Assembly: GCA_038134595.1 (NCBI GenBank)
Contig: JAYPVM010000004.1
Coordinates: forward strand, 69,573-133,572
Direction of reading: 5' to 3'
From: Pseudomonadota bacterium
GTDB lineage: Bacteria; Bdellovibrionota_C; UBA2361; OMII01
Length of the DNA: 64,000 bases
Below, piece by piece: positions 9,110 to 18,105 of the stretch (position 1 is its first letter; every line of letters begins with the position of its first letter). The notes beneath the pieces are model-generated. The model searched no databases. It saw only the letters and a program-made list of their open reading frames with translations, and had not been told where the DNA came from. The translations under genes were made by a program, and so were the position numbers.

Positions 9110-10615
9110 ATGTTTAATTGTGGATACGAATATCGGTCTATCGAGCGGGTTGTTTCGGTATACAACTCTCTTGGTGGAAAGCGAGAGGCTTTAGACCCCA
9201 TTGATAAACGAGCGGAGTTGCCTCGGGTGTCGATGTATGTGTGTGGCTTAACCCCCCAAGACAGAGCGCACTTAGGTCACGCCCTAATGGCGATGCGTTT
9301 TGATATCGTTCGTCGTTATCTCGGCTATAGGCGGCTTGATGTGCAGTTTGTGCAGAATGTGACCGATATCGATGATAAGATTATTGCCAAGGTCCTGTCT
9401 CAGGGGGTTGATCCGATGGAGATGACCCGCAACTATACCGAGGAGTTTTATCAGTGTGTTTCGAAACTCCATGTCTTGCCCGTTGATACGTTGACACGGG
9501 TTTCAGATTTTATTCCAGAGATTATATCGTTTATTGAAGAGCTTATACGGAAAGATTTTGCGTATGCAACGCCTGAGGGCAATGTTTATTTCCGGGTTTC
9601 AAAGAAGAACGATTACGGAAAACTGTCGAATCAAAATGTTTCCAAGCTGCACGAAAGTGTCAGAAAAGAGATCGAAAAAGATAAGGAATCTGGGCTCGAT
9701 TTTGCTCTTTGGAAGAGCGATCAGAGTACAGACTTGTCCAGTGATTCACCGTGGGGTGTTGGGCGACCCGGCTGGCACATCGAGTGCTCAGTCATGGCGT
9801 ATGAGACGTTAGGAGCTCAGATTGATATTCACGGTGGCGCGTTAGATCTAAAATTTCCACACCATGAAAATGAGATAGCGCAATCTGAGGCTCATTCGGG
9901 TGCAAGATTTGCTTCTGTTTGGATGCACTGTGGATTGCTAAACATCGAAGGACAAAAGATGTCTAAAAGCCTTAATAACTTTGTGACGGTTGTTGATGGT
10001 CTTGAAAGATACGGCGTAACACCGATTCGATATGCTGTGGCAAGGCACCATTATCGCTCAAACCTCGATCTGACCAATAAGCTAATTCGAGAATCTCTTA
10101 ACGCCTTGTTAGACTTTCACAAATTATTCGAGGCTGTTGCAACTGATGATGTCGTTGCGAAGAGCGTAGGAGAACTTGGTGATAAAGCGCAGGCGATAGC
10201 CCGCAAGTTCGAGGTGGCGATGGATAGTGATTTTAACTCTCCAGAGGCGATAGTGGTATTGGATCAGGCTCGTTCGGAGGTTTCGGCGGCTCTCGCTAAG
10301 GGCGTATGTGCCGAAGACCCCGAACTTCAAGAGGTCGTGTTCGTCATCAAGTCCTTAGGTGCCATTTTGGGTCTGTTCTTTGATTCTCTTGAAACGGTTC
10401 AGCGAGAGGGGTTGTGCGCGATGGCTTCGATGCTTGGTAGCGAAGTGCTCGCACCACCTGATGTCGAAGCTCTGTTGAACGAGCGCAGACAGGCCCGAGC
10501 AGATAAAGACTTTGCACGATCAGATGCGATCAGGGATGAGCTCAAAGCAAAAGGGATTGAAGTCCTTGATTCAAAAGATGGAAGTGCATGGCGTTTTGTT
10601 AGTAGTTCTGCTTGA
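9110..10615 (+). CDS. cysS: Cysteine--tRNA ligase
   Basis: MYVCG..HLGH, NVTDIDDKII, DFALWK, GRPGWHIECS, FPHHENEIAQ, KMSKS. Start placed at ATG 9110 after AGGA. Confidence 0.95.
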   Translation: MFNCGYEYRSIERVVSVYNSLGGKREALDPIDKRAELPRVSMYVCGLTPQDRAHLGHALMAMRFDIVRRYLGYRRLDVQFVQNVTDIDDKIIAKVLSQGVDPMEMTRNYTEEFYQCVSKLHVLPVDTLTRVSDFIPEIISFIEELIRKDFAYATPEGNVYFRVSKKNDYGKLSNQNVSKLHESVRKEIEKDKESGLDFALWKSDQSTDLSSDSPWGVGRPGWHIECSVMAYETLGAQIDIHGGALDLKFPHHENEIAQSEAHSGARFASVWMHCGLLNIEGQKMSKSLNNFVTVVDGLERYGVTPIRYAVARHHYRSNLDLTNKLIRESLNALLDFHKLFEAVATDDVVAKSVGELGDKAQAIARKFEVAMDSDFNSPEAIVVLDQARSEVSAALAKGVCAEDPELQEVVFVIKSLGAILGLFFDSLETVQREGLCAMASMLGSEVLAPPDVEALLNERRQARADKDFARSDAIRDELKAKGIEVLDSKDGSAWRFVSSSA

Positions 10616-10640
10616 CGATCGAGGGGTGTTCTGCCATTCT
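10612..10640 (+). promoter_or_regulatory. Sigma70-type promoter for the leu leader/leuA
   Basis: TTGACG (10612-17), 17-nt spacer, TG extended -10, CATTCT (10635-40). Confidence 0.55.
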
Positions 10641-10647
10641 CTTTGAC

Positions 10648-10725
10648 ATGAATGCAAGTTGTAACAACCTCCTTACACTCGAGCTCCTTATACCGCTCTG
10701 TCGGGGTTGTTTGGCTTTGCGCTAG
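10648..10725 (+). CDS. Leu-rich leader peptide (attenuator uORF) MNASCNNLLTLELLIPLCRGCLALR
   Basis: 25 aa with 8 Leu codons, directly upstream of leuA, overlapping the 5' arm of a long hairpin. Confidence 0.75.
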   Translation: MNASCNNLLTLELLIPLCRGCLALR

Positions 10726-10816
10726 TTAAAAGAGGAAGCCAGCGACCCGGATAGGGCGGTAGGCTTTCTCGAAATCTTGAAGACTTCCAAGAAAATCTCC
10801 ACCTCCCAATATCCGG
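10691..10816 (+). promoter_or_regulatory. Attenuator-like alternative RNA hairpins in the leuA leader
   Basis: 10691-10717 TACCGCTCTGTCGGGGTTGTTTGGCTT pairs with 10736-10761 AAGCCAGCGACCCGGATAGGGCGGTA (with G-U pairs). CCGGATA 10747-53 can alternatively pair with TATCCGG 10810-16. Confidence 0.65.
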
Positions 10817-10933
10817 TGCCTTGTTAGAGCAGTTACAGTTGGTGCTGTCTTTACAGTCGACTCTGTATTTGCCGCGGCTTTCAAGTGGATAGTGACGTGT
10901 CTTTAGTATTAAGGCATTAAAAAGGGGGGGGAT

Positions 10934-12622
10934 ATGACATCACCGCAGCCAGAGGACAATAGAGCAAAGGGAATGGACCCAGTGAAGTATCGACCGTATA
11001 TGGAGAGATTCCCACTTCCTGACGGATTCAGACCAACGTGGATGGAGCAGCAGGTTCTTCAGGCTCCTGCAATGGCTTCGGTGTGTCTTAGAGATGGGAA
11101 TCAAGCGCTTAATCCTCCGATGACCCTGGCTAAGAAAATGCGGTACTACCAGATGTTACTCGACATCGGATTTAAGGAGATCGAGATTGGATACCCTGTT
11201 TCGGGCGCGCCGGATTTAAGGTTTACGAGAACTCTGATTGACGAACATCGGATACCCGAGGGTGTGAGGCCACAGGTGCTTGTGTTGGCCCATGAAAAAA
11301 TGATTAAGGACACAATTGATGCGCTGCGTGGTGCTCCTGAAACTATCGTGCATGTGTACAACTCAACTTCGAAGGTTCATCGTGAAACAGTTCTTAAGGT
11401 AACCACAGATGAGGTACTTCAAAAAGCTGTGCGTGCAACGGCTGATGTAAGGCGATATGCCCTGGAGTATGACGTTCCGGTGCAGTATCAATATTCACCC
11501 GAGAGCTTTACAGGGACGGAGCTTGATTTTGCACTCGATGTTTGTAATGCCGTGATTCGGGAGTGGGAACCAACCCCTGATAACAAAATGATACTGAACC
11601 TTCCTGCAACTCTGGAAATGTGCGAGCCGGATTTGTATGCCGCCCGAGTCGAGTACGTATGTAGAAATCTTTACAGTAGAGAGAATGTTATCGTCAGTGT
11701 TCACACCCATAACGATCGAGGATCTGCCGAGGTGGCGGCACGCTTTGCGATACGAGGAGGTGCGGACCGAGTGGAAGGCTCTTTGTTTGGATTAGGTGAG
11801 CGCTCTGGAAATATGGACCTTTCTATATTTGCGCTTAACTTACTGACTCAAGGGGTTGATCCGATGCATGACTTTGGCAACATGCCTGCGATTAAGGATG
11901 TTTGGGAGGAGTGCACGGGATTACGCGTGCCGTCGCAACATCCGTATGCAGGTGCCAATGCCTTCATGCAGCGCTCTGGAACGCATCAAAGTGCACATAC
12001 CGCATACGAAGCTCGCTCCAATCGAGAGTTCTTTGAACATCCATACATGGGAATTGATCCGGTCGATATCGGAAGAGATGTTGAGCGTGTAGTCGAAGTG
12101 ACAAGTCAATCTGGAAAGAAGGGCTATGCAAAGGTGTTGCGTGATGAGTGTCTGATGCCGATACCTGAACGAATGGAGGCTGAGGTTTACAACGAACTTC
12201 AGCCGCGGTGTGAAGCTGTTGAGGGAGTCTTCACGGCTGAGCAGTTGCAGAGGTCCTTCCATGATGTTTTTGTCGCTCCTCCTGAACCTTATATACGGTT
12301 AAAGAGTGTTGAGACCGAAACGAAGGATGGACAGACTTTTGTGCGATTAGAAGCCGTTGTCGGCGAACAAGCGTGTATATTGGAAGGAAATGGAAACGGT
12401 CCTATCGCAGCCACAACTGATGCGTTACGGCGCCACGGCTACGAAATAGAGGTGTCTTCATTGACTGAGGATGCGCTTTCACCGGGTGCTCAAGCAGATG
12501 CAATAGCGTTTGTGTCGGTGGTGTTTCAGGATAGACACCGATTCGGTGTCGGGATTGATGCCAGTATTGAACTTGCAGGGATTCGAGCGCTACTTACAGC
12601 GGTGAATCGCTCTTTGAAATAG
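10934..12622 (+). CDS. leuA: 2-isopropylmalate synthase (actinobacterial/yeast type), divergent
   Basis: LRDGNQAL, GFKEIEIG, HVYNSTS, YSPESFTGTE, HTHNDRG, GERSGN, GNGPI regulatory domain. Confidence 0.85.
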   Translation: MTSPQPEDNRAKGMDPVKYRPYMERFPLPDGFRPTWMEQQVLQAPAMASVCLRDGNQALNPPMTLAKKMRYYQMLLDIGFKEIEIGYPVSGAPDLRFTRTLIDEHRIPEGVRPQVLVLAHEKMIKDTIDALRGAPETIVHVYNSTSKVHRETVLKVTTDEVLQKAVRATADVRRYALEYDVPVQYQYSPESFTGTELDFALDVCNAVIREWEPTPDNKMILNLPATLEMCEPDLYAARVEYVCRNLYSRENVIVSVHTHNDRGSAEVAARFAIRGGADRVEGSLFGLGERSGNMDLSIFALNLLTQGVDPMHDFGNMPAIKDVWEECTGLRVPSQHPYAGANAFMQRSGTHQSAHTAYEARSNREFFEHPYMGIDPVDIGRDVERVVEVTSQSGKKGYAKVLRDECLMPIPERMEAEVYNELQPRCEAVEGVFTAEQLQRSFHDVFVAPPEPYIRLKSVETETKDGQTFVRLEAVVGEQACILEGNGNGPIAATTDALRRHGYEIEVSSLTEDALSPGAQADAIAFVSVVFQDRHRFGVGIDASIELAGIRALLTAVNRSLK

Positions 12623-12625
12623 AAG

Positions 12626-13261
12626 TCACCAGACAAGGTCTCTTGTCGCAAAATCAGGTTGAGAGATGTTTTCGTGGACAAACTTCTCGGTTCGCTCGCA
12701 AAAACTTCGGATGATGACTCCATCAGGCTTTAGAATCCTCTGTAAGTGCTCGGAGATGTTTTCTCGAAGAGCATCCCAGCCCAAGGGGCCGGTATGAATT
12801 CGCTGTAAACTGATTCTGTTTGGAAAGCCACTTAGATAATAGGCGTCGAAAGAATTGTCATCAAACCGAGCAAGTGAATCCGGTTCGACGAGGTTCAGGA
12901 CGCAAGCCTCAAATTGCTCGTTTCTTTGCTTGAATAGATCTATTCCGTAAGGTACAGCACCTAGGAGAACGAGCAATCGAGACATCCAAGGGTCCCATCT
13001 ATGGTCTGTGTTATCGGGCACGCTACGACAACCACATGCGACATCGAGGATTTCTTTTCCTTGTAGTTGATTGAAATCTGGAAAGCTAGTTCGGAGGTAG
13101 TCGATGTGCCGAAATATGGATTTGGAAATCTCTTCTGGAAGCTCGTTGTCGACGATGAGACCGGGGTAGTAGGTATTTACTAGTTGGTGAGCTAGGATAA
13201 AGTCCTGTGAGTGGCGCTGTTTGGTTGTGTTAGTTGCTGGGCTGGTTTGATGTGAAGTCAT
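12626..13261 (-). CDS. Hypothetical protein, class I SAM-dependent methyltransferase-like
   Basis: ILDVACG motif I, YGIDL, FDDNSFD, RILKPDG. Confidence 0.55.
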   Translation of the reverse strand: MTSHQTSPATNTTKQRHSQDFILAHQLVNTYYPGLIVDNELPEEISKSIFRHIDYLRTSFPDFNQLQGKEILDVACGCRSVPDNTDHRWDPWMSRLLVLLGAVPYGIDLFKQRNEQFEACVLNLVEPDSLARFDDNSFDAYYLSGFPNRISLQRIHTGPLGWDALRENISEHLQRILKPDGVIIRSFCERTEKFVHENISQPDFATRDLVW

Positions 13262-13443
13262 GTTAGTAACGCCTCTAAATGTGAGAGCTGCGTATTATAA
13301 GGCCACGGAAAATACTACTCAAATCAAAGATGCTAAATGGCGACCAATTTATAGTAATTATGGGTTGTTAGCGTATTCTGGACTGTAAGGGATTGGGGGT
13401 GTACGATGACACTAAACTGGTTGATTGAACGCCAAGATATGGG

Positions 13444-14625
13444 GTGAGTTTAATTGGTATGGCTCAGCGTGAAAAAAGTGAAAAGTTGCGAATAGCACTC
13501 ATGGGTACCCGAGGCATACCTGCCCGATACGGTGGCTTTGAGACCTTTGCCGAGCAGATTTCAGCTCGTTTGGTTGAGCGAGGGCACGAGGTCATAGTGT
13601 ATGAACGATGTCGTCTCGGGGATAGGTGGGGGAAGCGAGCCCCGTTAAACGGGGTAGAACGGAGGGCTACACCGACGATATACCACAAGTATTTAGAAAC
13701 GCCCCTGAATGCGCTTACTTCATTTATCGACGTTTTGTTTCAGAGAGTGGATGCTATTTTAGTGTGTAATGCCGCAAATAGTCCGTTTGCCCCGATTGTA
13801 AAGGTTAAGGGAGTCCCTCTGTTAATCAACGTAGATGGCATTGAACGAAATAGGGCAAAGTGGAATGCACTGGGAAAGGCTTGGTATCGGCTTGGGGAAT
13901 GGTGCTCGGTAAAATTGGCCACACGTATCGTTTCTGATGCAAAGGTTATCGGGCAATACTACCAAGAAACGTATGGTATCGACTCGACTGTAATTCCGTA
14001 TGGTGTGCACCCGATACGGAGAGAGCCTGGCGCGGCACTAAAGCAGTTTGGTTTATCTGCGAAGGGATACCTTCTCTATGTGAGCAGGCTAGAGCCAGAA
14101 AACAATGCTCTTGGCGTGATTGAGGCCTACAATGCGCTGGATACTTCGATGCCACTAGTCATTGTGGGGGATGCTCCGTATGCTAGTGAGTATAAACAGC
14201 GACTTAGAGATGTTGCGTCTGATGGTGTGATTTTTACCGGGTTTCAGTTTGGGGAGGTTTATCAGGAGTTGCAGAGTAATTGTTGTGCGTACATTCAGGC
14301 AACGGAAGTTGGAGGAACTCATCCGGCTTTGATTGAGTCTATGTCGTACAGGAATTGCGTGTTAGCAAATGGCACACCTGAAAATCTAGAGGTGGTAGGA
14401 GATGCAGGCTTGTGTTTTCATAAAAACGACTTTGATCATTTACGCCACTTACTCCAAGGTGTGTTGGACAATCCAAAACAGGCTGAGACGCTTGGCGAGA
14501 AGGCGTTTGAGCGAGTTATGCAAGAGTACTCATGGGAAACGGTGGTCTCTATGTATGAACAGCTTTTCTCTGATCTGACGGGGCGATCTTTTATGTCTAC
14601 TATTTCATCGTGTGTGAACGAATAA
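13444..14625 (+). CDS. Glycosyltransferase family 4 (DUF1972-type N-terminus)
   Basis: MGTRGIPARYGGFETFAE, NVDGIE, SRLEPENN, EVGGTHPALIE. Start may be ATG 13459. Confidence 0.9.
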   Translation: MSLIGMAQREKSEKLRIALMGTRGIPARYGGFETFAEQISARLVERGHEVIVYERCRLGDRWGKRAPLNGVERRATPTIYHKYLETPLNALTSFIDVLFQRVDAILVCNAANSPFAPIVKVKGVPLLINVDGIERNRAKWNALGKAWYRLGEWCSVKLATRIVSDAKVIGQYYQETYGIDSTVIPYGVHPIRREPGAALKQFGLSAKGYLLYVSRLEPENNALGVIEAYNALDTSMPLVIVGDAPYASEYKQRLRDVASDGVIFTGFQFGEVYQELQSNCCAYIQATEVGGTHPALIESMSYRNCVLANGTPENLEVVGDAGLCFHKNDFDHLRHLLQGVLDNPKQAETLGEKAFERVMQEYSWETVVSMYEQLFSDLTGRSFMSTISSCVNE

Positions 14626-15032
14626 TGGACTCGAATGCAGTTGTACTCTTCGACGGAACGTGTGCTATGTGCTCCCGTCTTGTTCGATTTATCTTAGACC
14701 ATGAGTCTTCGGATGCCCTTCTCTTTGTTCCAAATGCCTCTGAGTATGGACGGTCGATTTGTGAGCACTACAGTTTGGGTGACGCCCCAAGAGCCACCAT
14801 TGTGTTGATTAAGGAAGGGGCTGTACTCACTCGAAGTGAAGCAGTGTTGGCGCTTGCCTCGTTTCTAAGGCCTCCGTATTCATGGGCGCGTTACCTTCGT
14901 ATGATACCAAGACCGATTCGAGATGTCGGATACAACATTATTGCAAGGTATCGGCATGTTGTGTTCGGACGAGCCACAGCGAGCTGCCTTATTTTGTCTC
15001 CTGCAGAAAAGCAGCGTGTTAGAGAGATTTGA
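14625..15032 (+). CDS. DCC family thiol-disulfide oxidoreductase (DUF393)
   Basis: VLFDGTCAMC, RDVGYNIIARYRH; TAATG overlap with the upstream stop. Confidence 0.85.
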   Translation: MDSNAVVLFDGTCAMCSRLVRFILDHESSDALLFVPNASEYGRSICEHYSLGDAPRATIVLIKEGAVLTRSEAVLALASFLRPPYSWARYLRMIPRPIRDVGYNIIARYRHVVFGRATASCLILSPAEKQRVREI

Positions 15033-15043
15033 AGTAGGTCGAT

Positions 15044-15535
15044 ATGAATTCGCACAGTGTAATAATGGAATTGTTGCAAACTTCTCGTGTGGTTTTATTT
15101 CGCTATCTAGAAGATCTCTGTGATGCGGATCTCTATGTTCGACCAGTGGATAATTCGCACACTGCGGCATGGCAGTTGGGCCATATTCTTCTCTCGGAGC
15201 ATATGATGATGAAGAATATAGGGTGTAGTGATGGAATAAAATTCCCTTTGAACTTTGATCAGGCACACTCAAAACATTGTGAGTATGCATATCCTGAAAA
15301 TACGGGTTTTTTCAAGGAGGAGTACGTCGAGATGCTTCAGCGTCAACGAAGTATTTTATGTGCGTTTCTTGAAACCTTATCTGCGGAAGACTTGGATAAG
15401 CCAGGCCCGACAGAGATGCGAGCGTATGCTCCTTACGTCGGGTCGGTTTTTGTCGCAATTGGAAGTCATGAGATGCTGCACGCGGGGCAAATAGCTGTTA
15501 TAAGGCGTAGACTGGGCAAGGATGTTCGGATTTAG
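15044..15535 (+). CDS. DinB family protein
   Basis: AWQLGHI..SE and HEMLHAGQI His motifs. Confidence 0.8.
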   Translation: MNSHSVIMELLQTSRVVLFRYLEDLCDADLYVRPVDNSHTAAWQLGHILLSEHMMMKNIGCSDGIKFPLNFDQAHSKHCEYAYPENTGFFKEEYVEMLQRQRSILCAFLETLSAEDLDKPGPTEMRAYAPYVGSVFVAIGSHEMLHAGQIAVIRRRLGKDVRI

Positions 15536-15686
15536 CGTGTGTTCACAGGAATTGGGACTGGAAATGTTGTACGGATAAGGCCTTCTCTTTTACGTATCCA
15601 TCTATTGTGAATAAATAGCGAAACGACTTGGCGCCCTCTGCTACAGGCAGTATACTCTCGTGTAATGTTGACTAAACAAGGCTATT

Positions 15687-17099
15687 TTGATGCGGCTATT
15701 CGGTATTAAACACACTTCTCAAATCTGGTACTACCTTACAGTGTGTACGCCGAGCATCATTTTTTGTGCCACTATTATTTCGTTCTGGAAGGTCATTTTT
15801 GATTCTAGTTTTGCTACCATTCCTTGGTATCTGGTAGCCGTTGTATGTGGCATGTTTTTAAGTGTTGTTGTTCACTGCATCACATCACTGTGCGGGATGC
15901 TTCTGTATGGTGATCCAGAGGTTCAGAACAGAAAAAACGAGATTCGATTTGATAAAACCGGATGGGATGCGGATAAGCGTCTCATAGTCAGTTTTGTCTC
16001 GCAGGGTTTACAGGTTTCAGTTTTAAGAGACTCTGTAAAACAGGCGTATGATGTTTTGACAGAGCTAGGAGTTAATTTCGAGATTGAAGTCGTAGTGGAT
16101 AGCGCACCACTGCTTGATCGGATATTCGAATCTTTAGGTTGTGTAGTTGTAGATGTGCCTCGAGCATATCGTACCAAATCAGGCGCTCGATTTAAGGCTC
16201 GCTCTCTATGCTACGCTGCAGAGCAGCGCTTGGGGCGATATTCGACTATTGAGAATGCATGGGTTTTGCATTGTGATGAGGACACGCTTATTTCGCGGCA
16301 AGCTATAGTAGGGGTCCATAAGTTTTTGTCCATTAAAGATGCCGACCAGCGATGTGGTGCAGGAGAGAAAAAGCTCTATTCGCCCACAGGGCCGTCCCGC
16401 AGTGCGTTTTATAGATTTGTAGATTTTCATTGCACGGGCGAAGATTTAGGCCGCTATAGACTTCAGTTTAAGATGTGGCAAGCTTCAGTTTTTGGTGCGC
16501 ACGGCTCATTTGTTGTTATGCCTCTCAAGGTGGAGACGCCTGAGCTGTTTGAGGTTGGAGAGAAGGGGTCATTAACTGAAGATGTTTATGCTGCGATGAG
16601 ATTGCGGGTTCGCGGAATCCCGGTTGAGTGGATTGATGGCCACGTGTATGAGCAAGCCCCCCATGATTTACGTAATTTCCTGCTTCAGAGAGCCCGTTGG
16701 ATTCACGGGATTATTAATTTGTTTCTGGAGCGGGAGTTTCCGATAAATTATCGGATGATATGGTTTACGTACACCTCTATGTGGCGCACCGCTATGTTGA
16801 CGGGCCTTGTTTTTCTACTGGTGCTGCTAAACCTTGAGCACTATCCGTGGATTCTTGCCCTGTGGGGCTCGGCCGCCACAGCGATGGGAACTGTTGTTAC
16901 AGTCGGGGCACTACGAAATACTGAGGACGATCCAAACCTTTCTGCGATATCTCGAATTGGTCGATTGCTGAGAGCATTTCTGACAGCGCCTATTGTCTCT
17001 CTTATGGAAACAGGTGCGGTTCTTTACGCGGTAGTTTATCGACCGTCGTCTTTTTACGTGGTTGAGAAACGGATTGCGCTCGTGCAGTCGGCTACGTGA
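15687..17099 (+). CDS. Membrane GT2 glycosyltransferase, Egghead/BRE-3 beta-1,4-mannosyltransferase-like
   Basis: FKARSL, WVLHCDEDT, HGSFVV, GSLTED, QRARW; TM helices at both ends. Confidence 0.75.
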   Translation: MMRLFGIKHTSQIWYYLTVCTPSIIFCATIISFWKVIFDSSFATIPWYLVAVVCGMFLSVVVHCITSLCGMLLYGDPEVQNRKNEIRFDKTGWDADKRLIVSFVSQGLQVSVLRDSVKQAYDVLTELGVNFEIEVVVDSAPLLDRIFESLGCVVVDVPRAYRTKSGARFKARSLCYAAEQRLGRYSTIENAWVLHCDEDTLISRQAIVGVHKFLSIKDADQRCGAGEKKLYSPTGPSRSAFYRFVDFHCTGEDLGRYRLQFKMWQASVFGAHGSFVVMPLKVETPELFEVGEKGSLTEDVYAAMRLRVRGIPVEWIDGHVYEQAPHDLRNFLLQRARWIHGIINLFLEREFPINYRMIWFTYTSMWRTAMLTGLVFLLVLLNLEHYPWILALWGSAATAMGTVVTVGALRNTEDDPNLSAISRIGRLLRAFLTAPIVSLMETGAVLYAVVYRPSSFYVVEKRIALVQSAT

Positions 17100-17132
17100 A
17101 TGCACTAATACTCGTATCCAGATTGTATAGCG

Positions 17133-18008
17133 ATGGTTCAGTTGTCAGGTTTTATATTTGCTGTATTGGCCTTTAGCGCATGGGGTTTTATCCCTCTTTT
17201 TTGGAAGCTACTAAGCGGCACTTCGGCTTTTGCGATTCTTTGTCATAGGATGACTTGGTCTGCGATAGTTTTAGCCGTCTTGTTGCTAACAACGGGTCGT
17301 ATAAACTCAGTCGTAAATCACCTTCGATTTGCAAGAAATCTGAGGCTACTTGCTTGTACTAGTTTGCTTATCGGTGGGAATTGGTTTGTCTTTGTATGGG
17401 CAGTTAATACCGGTAGGACACTTGACGCTAGTTTGGGATATTTTATAGCGCCATTGCTCAATGTGGTCTTGGGAAGGCTTAGTTTAAGGGAGAGATTAGG
17501 AAAAACTCAGACACTATCGGTCTGTCTGGTAGCCTTGGGCGTAGGCAACCTTACGTTTGTAACACAGGCTGTTCCTTTTACAGCACTTTTTTTGGCGGTT
17601 TCATTTTCGTTCTACGGGTTGCTGAGGAAAACCGCGGCGGTTGGCTCCTTGGAGGGGTTGTTTGTTGAATGTTTGTTTTTATTTCTACCGGCAGTTGCCT
17701 ACTTATTATGGAATGAGTTTGATGGTAGCGTAGGTTTTTTGGCGCTGCCGTTTAAGGAAAAGGCGTTACTTGCTCTCGCGGGGCCTATTACGGTAATTCC
17801 GTTGTATTGGTATACGAAAGGAGCCCGACGCATATCGTTGACTAGCCTAGGTCTATTGCAGTACATCGCTCCGTCCCTACAGTTTCTTGTGGCTGTATTG
17901 CTATTGGGTGAGCCTATGGATAGCGGTCGGCTGTATTCATTTATTGTGATTTGGTCAGGGTTGGTCCTGTTTTCTGCTGGTAGTACCTTTGAGCGATGGC
18001 GAAACTAA
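17133..18008 (+). CDS. rarD: EamA family transporter RarD
   Basis: WGFIPLFWK, HRMTWS, NWFVFVWAVN, ASLGYFIAPL, LGLLQYIAP. Confidence 0.9.
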   Translation: MVQLSGFIFAVLAFSAWGFIPLFWKLLSGTSAFAILCHRMTWSAIVLAVLLLTTGRINSVVNHLRFARNLRLLACTSLLIGGNWFVFVWAVNTGRTLDASLGYFIAPLLNVVLGRLSLRERLGKTQTLSVCLVALGVGNLTFVTQAVPFTALFLAVSFSFYGLLRKTAAVGSLEGLFVECLFLFLPAVAYLLWNEFDGSVGFLALPFKEKALLALAGPITVIPLYWYTKGARRISLTSLGLLQYIAPSLQFLVAVLLLGEPMDSGRLYSFIVIWSGLVLFSAGSTFERWRN

Positions 18009-18105
18009 GCGAGCGGCTTTGCATACGTATGGAGCTGAGAACAAGCTGAAGGACGAATTGATTGCGAAGCTCTCATGCACGACTGCTCCAATACGCCGGG
18101 GGTGA

